Source of the DNA: Bacteroidales bacterium
GTDB lineage: Bacteria > Bacteroidota > Bacteroidia > Bacteroidales > UBA932
Length of the DNA: 64,000 nt
Direction: 5' to 3'
NCBI GenBank assembly: GCA_017546585.1
Contig: JAFYWC010000098.1
Location: 360-64,359 of the forward strand
Positions 57,891 through 64,000 of this stretch are shown here, piece by piece. Under the pieces are notes generated by a model. The model was not told the DNA's origin and searched no databases. It saw only the letters and a program-made list of their open reading frames with translations. Every line of letters starts with the position of its first letter. Positions within the stretch are counted from its first letter, which is position 1. Position numbers and translations under genes: made by a program.

Positions 57891-57906
57891 CAACAGCAGG
57901 GGATGA

Positions 57907-59190
57907 TTATGCGATCTTCTGGTTGATGTCCTTTGGCGCCTTGAAGAGGATCATAAAGAGGAAGGCAACCACGAGAGCGTATGCTGCGAATACATACCAG
58001 GCAGCGCTCCAGTTCGGCTCAGCGGCATTGTAGACGAAGTGATTCACGATCGCCTGTGCGCTGAGTGTACCGATTGTTGCTCCGATACCGTTGGTCATAA
58101 GCATAAAGAGTCCCTGCGCACTGTTCTGGAGCTTCTCGCTTGTACGCATATTGGTGTAGAGTGCTCCTGAGATGTTGAAGAAGTCGAATGCGACTCCGTA
58201 CACGATCATAGAGAGGATGAGCATCCATACGCCTGTACCAGGGTTACCTGCACCGAAGAGACCGAAGCGGAGTACCCACGCGAACATTGCGATGAGCATA
58301 ACTCTCTTGATTCCGAAGAGTCTCATTGCAATAGGAATGAGGAGGATACCGAGTGTCTCTGAAACCTGTGAGATAGAGATGAGGGCGTTTGCATTACGTG
58401 CACCCCAGGTCTCGGCAAATGCAGGAACCTCCTTGAAGTGTGAGATGAATGGGTTCGCGAAGCCGTTTGTGATCTGAAGAGCTACTCCAAGAAGCATTGA
58501 GAAGATGAAGAAGATCGCCATCTGTCTGTCCTTGAAGAGTGAGAATGCATCGAGGCCGAAACGCTGTGCAAGTGTCTGATTCTCACCTGTCGACTGTCTG
58601 CAAGGGCAGTTAGGGAGAGTGAGGCAGTAAGCAAGCATTGCAAGTCCGAGGATGCCGGATACAAAGAACTGGTTGTATGAGTGCTGGTACTGTACGCCTG
58701 CACCGTTGGTCATAAAGTTCACGAAAAGCATTGCGCAGATGAAGCCGACTGTTCCGAATACGCGGATAGGCGGGAAGTCCTTCACCGTGTCGTAGCCGTT
58801 CTGCTCGAGGATGTTGAATGCAACTGCGTTAGAGAGCGCGATGGTAGGCATATAGAACGCCACGCTGAGAGCATAAAGGCTGAAGAGGATGCCGAAAGAC
58901 ACTTCTGTGCCGGCAGTCATTCCGTAGAAACCTGCGCTGACCATTGCGGCACCGGCGATTCCGTGGCAGATGCCGAGAAGCTTCTGGGCAGGGATGAACT
59001 TGTCAGCCACGATACCCATAAGGGTAGGCATAAAGATGGATACGATTCCCTGCATCGCGTAGAAGATACCGATTCTTGTGGCAAGTCCTACATTTGCGAG
59101 GTAGCTACCCATTGAAGTGAGGTAGGCACCCCATACAGCCCACTGGATGAGGTTCATCGCAATGAGTCTGGATTTGATGGATTTGTTCAT
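57907..59190 (-). CDS. nupG: MFS nucleoside:H+ symporter (NupG-like)
   Basis: SRLIAMNLIQWAVWGAYL, FPPIRVFGTVGF and GVAFDFFNISG motifs; promoter TATATTTG at 59278-59285 (minus). Confidence 0.88.
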   Translation of the reverse strand: MNKSIKSRLIAMNLIQWAVWGAYLTSMGSYLANVGLATRIGIFYAMQGIVSIFMPTLMGIVADKFIPAQKLLGICHGIAGAAMVSAGFYGMTAGTEVSFGILFSLYALSVAFYMPTIALSNAVAFNILEQNGYDTVKDFPPIRVFGTVGFICAMLFVNFMTNGAGVQYQHSYNQFFVSGILGLAMLAYCLTLPNCPCRQSTGENQTLAQRFGLDAFSLFKDRQMAIFFIFSMLLGVALQITNGFANPFISHFKEVPAFAETWGARNANALISISQVSETLGILLIPIAMRLFGIKRVMLIAMFAWVLRFGLFGAGNPGTGVWMLILSMIVYGVAFDFFNISGALYTNMRTSEKLQNSAQGLFMLMTNGIGATIGTLSAQAIVNHFVYNAAEPNWSAAWYVFAAYALVVAFLFMILFKAPKDINQKIA

Positions 59191-59333
59191 TGTTATTCTG
59201 TTTTAATATTATTTGTCGTGCATTCCCTTGCCCTGTCACATATGGCCGAGAAAGGGTCAGGATATCTATATAAACAACAAATATACAAGATTTTGACTAA
59301 AAGTTGTTATCTTTGAGGGTTAAAATCATTCGA

Positions 59334-60464
59334 ATGAAATTTGTAAAGACACACAATGACCCTCAGTCCGCTGCGAGATGCGGCGTGATCACTACAGACC
59401 ACGGACAGATCGAGACTCCTATCTTTATGCCTGTCGGCACAGTTGGCTCGGTCAAAGGTATATATCATAGAGACCTCAAGGAGGACATCAAGGCCGAGAT
59501 CATCCTCGGAAACACATATCACCTTTATCTTCGTCCGGGCCTCGATATCCTGAAGGCTGCGGGTGGTCTTCACAAGTTCGAGTCGTGGGACAGACCTATC
59601 CTCACAGACAGCGGCGGATTCCAGGTCTTCTCCCTCAGCCCTATCAGAAAGCTTACAGAGGACGGATGCGTCTTCCGTTCACACATTGACGGATCCAAGC
59701 ATCTGTTCACTCCCGAGAACAATATGGACACCCAGCGTATCATCGGAGCCGACATCGTGATGGCTTTCGACGAGTGCTGCCCGGGTGATGCTACATATGA
59801 ATATGCCAAGAAGTCATTGGCATTGACACAGAGATGGCTTGAGAGATGCTCTAAGCACTTCGATGCTACCGAGCCGCTCTACGGTTATTCACAGGCATTG
59901 TTCCCTATCATCCAGGGATGTGTGTATCCGGATCTGCGACGCGCTGCAGTGGATCACGCCGCTGCCCTCGACCGCGAAGGCTACGCCATCGGCGGTCTCG
60001 CTGTCGGCGAGCCTACAGAGAAGATGTACGAGATGCTTGAAGTAGTATGCCCTATCCTTCCGGAAGACAAGCCGCGCTACCTTATGGGTGTAGGTACACC
60101 TGCAAACATCCTCGAGGGTATCGCCAGAGGAGTGGATATGTTCGACTGCGTTATGCCGACAAGAAACGGCCGCAACGGAATGCTCTTCACCTGGGACGGT
60201 ATCATCAACATCAAGAACAAGAAGTGGGCTGACGATTTCTCGCCGCTCGATCCGAAGGGAACATCGTTTGTGGATCACACATATACAAGAGCATACCTCC
60301 GTCACCTCTTCGTGGCAGGAGAGATCTTCGCAGGTCAGATCGCCAGCGAACACAACCTCGCGTTCTATCTTGACCTTGTCAGGGAGGCTCGCAAGCACAT
60401 CAAGGCAGGCGACTTCAAGGCTTGGAAGGATGAGACCGTCAAGAGGATAACCACAAGACTTTAA
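59334..60464 (+). CDS. tgt: Queuine tRNA-ribosyltransferase
   Basis: ETPIFMPVGT, LTDSGGFQV, GVDMFDCVMPTRNGRNG; promoter TATCTTTG at 59308-59315. Confidence 0.98.
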   Translation: MKFVKTHNDPQSAARCGVITTDHGQIETPIFMPVGTVGSVKGIYHRDLKEDIKAEIILGNTYHLYLRPGLDILKAAGGLHKFESWDRPILTDSGGFQVFSLSPIRKLTEDGCVFRSHIDGSKHLFTPENNMDTQRIIGADIVMAFDECCPGDATYEYAKKSLALTQRWLERCSKHFDATEPLYGYSQALFPIIQGCVYPDLRRAAVDHAAALDREGYAIGGLAVGEPTEKMYEMLEVVCPILPEDKPRYLMGVGTPANILEGIARGVDMFDCVMPTRNGRNGMLFTWDGIINIKNKKWADDFSPLDPKGTSFVDHTYTRAYLRHLFVAGEIFAGQIASEHNLAFYLDLVREARKHIKAGDFKAWKDETVKRITTRL

Positions 60465-60469
60465 AGACT

Positions 60470-61561
60470 ATGGATCTTGCACCAAGAAAGATAGACCTGT
60501 ATATCACAAAGAAGTTTATGAGCACCTTCTTTGTGGCGTTGCTGCTTATCATCGGCATCGTCATCATCTTCGACATCAGTGAGAAGATCGATGACTTCGT
60601 GTCGAAGGAGGCACCGCTCAAGGCTGTCATATTCGATTACTACGTGAACTTCATTCCGTACTTCATCAATATGTTCAGCCCTCTGTTCGTATTCATCACG
60701 GTCATATTCTTCACATCAAAGATGGCTGCCGACTCGGAGATCATCGCCATACTTTCCGGAGGTGTAAGCTTCCACAGGATGATGGTCCCGTATGTGTTCT
60801 CAGCTACTGTCATCGCACTTCTTTCACTGTGGCTGAACCTTTTCGTCATCCCTGACGCCAACAAGACGCGACTGGAATTCGAAAGCCAATATATAAAGAA
60901 CAGGTATAAGAGTGTCGGTAGAAACGTACACTACCAGACTTCGCCAGGTGAGTTCGTATATGCGGAGTCGTTCAGTTCGTGGAACAACACTGCCTACAGA
61001 TTCACCATCGAAAGGATCGAGGACAATCAGCTCGTTTCGAAGATCTCTGCAGAGACAGCTGTTTATGATACATTGAAGGGCACCTGGAGACTCAAGAAGT
61101 ACTTCATCAGAGACTACAACGCTGACCTGACAGACAACATTAGGAGCGGAAGGCAGATAGACACGACTCTCGCATTGTCCGTCAAGGACTTCTACCTGAC
61201 TGAGAAGACAGTGGAGACACTCAACTTCCAGGAACTCAATGATCTGATCGAAACACAGAGAATGCGTGGAGATGCAAACGTGAAGTTCGCCCTCATCGAG
61301 AAGAATACTCGATTTGCGCTTCCGTTCTCGGCATTCATCCTTACGATTATGGGTGTGGCGCTGTCATCAAAGAAGCGCCGTGGAGGTATCGGATGGAACA
61401 TCGGTATCGGTATCGGACTGGCGTTCACCTACATCCTCTTCCTCCGTTTCAGCCAGATGTTCGTGCATACCGGAGTGCTGCCTCCGTTCATCGCCCTTTG
61501 GCTCCCGAACATCATCTTCGCCCTCATCGCCGGTGTCCTTTACCGCATCGCGCCGAAATAG
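60470..61561 (+). CDS. LptF/LptG-family LPS export permease
   Basis: KIDLYITKKF...SEIIAILSGGVSFHR; three TM - periplasmic domain - three TM layout. Confidence 0.92.
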   Translation: MDLAPRKIDLYITKKFMSTFFVALLLIIGIVIIFDISEKIDDFVSKEAPLKAVIFDYYVNFIPYFINMFSPLFVFITVIFFTSKMAADSEIIAILSGGVSFHRMMVPYVFSATVIALLSLWLNLFVIPDANKTRLEFESQYIKNRYKSVGRNVHYQTSPGEFVYAESFSSWNNTAYRFTIERIEDNQLVSKISAETAVYDTLKGTWRLKKYFIRDYNADLTDNIRSGRQIDTTLALSVKDFYLTEKTVETLNFQELNDLIETQRMRGDANVKFALIEKNTRFALPFSAFILTIMGVALSSKKRRGGIGWNIGIGIGLAFTYILFLRFSQMFVHTGVLPPFIALWLPNIIFALIAGVLYRIAPK

Positions 61562-61568
61562 CACTTTG

Positions 61569-61668
61569 TGTGGAAGATATCTTCCACAGTTATATAGGAA
61601 AAGCGTGGCAGATACCCACCTCGAAGGTTGGATCTGCCACGCTTTCGCTATGTTTTCGTGCTTGATGT
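61569..61668. repeat. REP-like element, dispersed copy 4 (inverted relative to the others)
   Basis: AAAGCGTGGCAGAT-ACCCACC-TCGAA-GGTTGG-ATCTGCCACGCTTT between convergent lptF/G and ilvE. Confidence 0.92.
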
Positions 61669-61678
61669 CAGCAGGAAA

Positions 61679-62713
61679 TTACTCTACAAAGTGAACCCAT
61701 CCGAATGGATCCTCGATGTCACCCTTCTGGAGCTGAGTGATGAAGGTGTAGAGTCTGAGTGACTTAGGACCACACTGGCCGTCGCCGAAAGTGTAGACAG
61801 TCTCCTCAGTAGACTCGAGGAACGGCTTGTCAACGAGCTTGTGTACAGGAGTGATTACTACTGCAGTACCGCACTCGCCAACCTCCTCGAATGTGCTGAG
61901 CTCATCAACGAGCACCTCACGTCTCTCAACCTCCATTCCGAGGTGTGCAGCAACAGTCTCGAGAGACTTGTTGGTGATTGAAGGAAGGATAGAGTCAGAC
62001 TTAGGAGTGATGTATCTGTTGTCCTTGATTGCAAAGAAGTTAGATGAGTTGAACTCGTCGATCTTAGTCTTTGTCGATGGATCGAGGTAAAGAACTGCCT
62101 TGTAACCCTGCTCGTGAGCTACGTTGAGAGAGTAGAGTGAGCAAGCGTAGTTACCGCCGACCTTGAATGAACCTGATCCGTTAGGAGCAGCGCGGTCGTA
62201 GTTACGTGCGATTACAACGTCAACTGCGTCGAGTGCGCCACCTACATATGCACCTACCGGTGAGCAGAGAACCATAAATGTGCTCTCCTTGGATGACTGT
62301 ACACCGAGCTGAGGGTTTGAACCGATGAGTGTAGGGCGGAGATAGAGTGATGCTCCTGTAGCCTCGTAAGGTGGGAGGAACTCCTCGTTCTCCTTGATGC
62401 AACGCTCGCACATCTCGATGAAGAGCTCAGTTGAAGGAGCTGCGATTCCGAGGTATGCAGCAGATCTCTGAAGACGCTTTGCATTTTCCTCAGGTCTGAA
62501 CATTCTGATTCTGCCGTCCTTGCCTCTGAAAGCCTTGAGACCCTCGAAGCACTCGATTGCATAGTGGAGTGCACCTGCATATGCGCTGAAGTGCAGATAG
62601 TCCTCAGTCAGGCTGGCGATAGGGGTCCACGCGCCGTTCTTGAACTCGGTCTTGAGAATAGTGTTGGTTTTTGTGTAGGAGAATGTGAGTTTGCTCCAAT
62701 CAATATTAGCCAT
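61679..62713 (-). CDS. ilvE: Branched-chain amino acid aminotransferase
   Basis: ALHYAIECFEGLKA, LYLRP, FKVGGNYA and ILPSITN motifs. Confidence 0.96.
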   Translation of the reverse strand: MANIDWSKLTFSYTKTNTILKTEFKNGAWTPIASLTEDYLHFSAYAGALHYAIECFEGLKAFRGKDGRIRMFRPEENAKRLQRSAAYLGIAAPSTELFIEMCERCIKENEEFLPPYEATGASLYLRPTLIGSNPQLGVQSSKESTFMVLCSPVGAYVGGALDAVDVVIARNYDRAAPNGSGSFKVGGNYACSLYSLNVAHEQGYKAVLYLDPSTKTKIDEFNSSNFFAIKDNRYITPKSDSILPSITNKSLETVAAHLGMEVERREVLVDELSTFEEVGECGTAVVITPVHKLVDKPFLESTEETVYTFGDGQCGPKSLRLYTFITQLQKGDIEDPFGWVHFVE

Positions 62714-62720
62714 AATGTTA

Positions 62721-63980
62721 TCAGATTAGTATTTCGAATAATTTATTGTTCTCGTTGATGTACTCGTATGAGATTCCGTGCTTGTCCATTCTGTCTGTAA
62801 GAGCCTTGAAGTCCTCCTTTGCTGCAAGTTCGATACCGATGAGAGCAGGACCGAAGTTCTTGTTGGTCTTCTTGATGTACTGGATGTGCACGAGGTCGTC
62901 AGTAGGTCCGATCACGTCTCTGATGAATGAGAGGATCTCGCCTGACTTCTGAGGGAAGTTCACGATGAAGTAGTGCTTGAGGCCTTCATAGAGAAGTGAC
63001 TTCTCGCGGATTTCCTCCATACGGGTGATGTCGTTGTTGCTTCCGCTGACGATGCAGGCTACATTCTTGCCCTTGATCTTGTCAGCATAGAAACGGAGTG
63101 CTGCAGCTGCGAGGGCGCCGGCAGGCTCCACTACTATAGCGCTCTTGTTGTACATCTGGATGATTGTTGTGCAGACTGCACCTTCCGGTACAACGATGAT
63201 GTCGTCAAGAACCTCCTTGCAGACCTGGTATGTGAGAGAACCGGCTTTCTGCACAGCGGCTCCATCCACGAACTTGTCGATATGCTCGAGTCTCACTGTC
63301 TCGCCAGCCTCGATCGCTGCCTTCATACAAGGCGCTCCGCCTGGCTCGACTCCGATGATCTTGGTCTCAGGATGCATCTGCTTGAAATATGCACCGAGTC
63401 CTGATGCGAGTCCACCTCCTCCGATAGGAACGAAGATGTAGTCAAGCTTCACTTTCGACTGGCTCAGGATCTCCTTTCCGATTGTTCCCTGACCTTCCAT
63501 TACCTTAGGGTCGTCGAACGGTGGAATGAATGTCTTTCCGGTCTCATTTGCATATGCGATCGCAGCTGAATTGGCTGCGTCGAATGTATCACCTGTGAGA
63601 ACAATCTCGATGAACTCCTTTCCGAACATTCTGACCTGCTCGATCTTCTGCTTAGGTGTGGTTGTAGGCATAAAGATGGAACCCATAATCTGCAGCTTGC
63701 TGCACGAGAATGCGACGCCCTGGGCGTGGTTGCCGGCGCTGGCACATACGATACCCTTGCTGAGGAGCTCAGGCTCGAGAGTTCTTATCTTGTTGAATGC
63801 ACCTCGGATCTTGTAAGATCTTACAACCTGAAGATCTTCTCTCTTGAGGAAAACATTGGCGTCGTAGACGTCAGAGAGGTTGTTGTTCTTCATAAATGGC
63901 GTAGGCTCGAGAATCTCCGTGAGGACCTCTGCTGCCTTTTCAATGGCCTCTACGCTCGGAAAGTACTTTGTTGTGTCCAT
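62721..63980 (-). CDS. ilvA: Threonine ammonia-lyase (biosynthetic, single ACT-like domain)
   Basis: LKREDLQVVRSYKIRGA, SAGNHAQG, PIGGGGL and EPAGAL motifs. Confidence 0.97.
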   Translation of the reverse strand: MDTTKYFPSVEAIEKAAEVLTEILEPTPFMKNNNLSDVYDANVFLKREDLQVVRSYKIRGAFNKIRTLEPELLSKGIVCASAGNHAQGVAFSCSKLQIMGSIFMPTTTPKQKIEQVRMFGKEFIEIVLTGDTFDAANSAAIAYANETGKTFIPPFDDPKVMEGQGTIGKEILSQSKVKLDYIFVPIGGGGLASGLGAYFKQMHPETKIIGVEPGGAPCMKAAIEAGETVRLEHIDKFVDGAAVQKAGSLTYQVCKEVLDDIIVVPEGAVCTTIIQMYNKSAIVVEPAGALAAAALRFYADKIKGKNVACIVSGSNNDITRMEEIREKSLLYEGLKHYFIVNFPQKSGEILSFIRDVIGPTDDLVHIQYIKKTNKNFGPALIGIELAAKEDFKALTDRMDKHGISYEYINENNKLFEILI

Positions 63981-64000
63981 CTCTTAACGATTAAAACCAG

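Noticed and set aside
1-64000. tRNA, rRNA, riboswitch or CRISPR loci
   Set aside because: None was recognisable by eye; tRNAscan-SE, Infernal/Rfam and a CRISPR finder would be needed to exclude them formally.

Overview
Chromosomal window from a Bacteroidales bacterium, inferred from TAnnTTTG promoters, SusC/SusD pairs, type V pilins and a T9SS cargo; finer taxonomy cannot be read from the sequence. (1) 1-2.7 kb: a lipoprotein pilin fused to an intact SGNH hydrolase, bracketed by ~94-bp direct repeats. Each repeat holds a 40-bp ACACCTT...AAG(G/C)TGT palindrome, a third such palindrome lies nearby, and a rubredoxin missing from the ORF track follows. (2) ~2.75-8.75 kb: an AT-rich accessory island with a translationally coupled toxin/antitoxin/SecB-like-chaperone operon resembling the anti-phage CmdTAC system, an IS4 whose first catalytic Asp is Asn, an intact IS1595, a small Zn-ribbon gene, a PD-(D/E)xK-like ORF and an IS5 remnant. 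(3) 9-20.2 kb: a type V pilin cluster with one pilin carrying a His-less PI-PLC-like domain, three mosaic pilin-CotH kinase paralogs and two small YxxP...E..xS peptides. (4) 23.7-47.3 kb: three SusC/SusD pairs with two S8 proteases, a PorV-like barrel and no recognisable CAZyme; the third susC promoter sits inside a 22-bp inverted repeat. (5) 47.3-64 kb: housekeeping genes (AKR/4Fe-4S pair, pflAB, ssb, dcp, nupG-like, tgt, lptF/G, ilvE, ilvA) interrupted by a REP-associated tyrosine transposase flanked by 103-bp palindromic direct repeats, with two more dispersed copies. No tRNA, rRNA or CRISPR array was recognised. All family calls come from motif recognition by eye; no searches were run.
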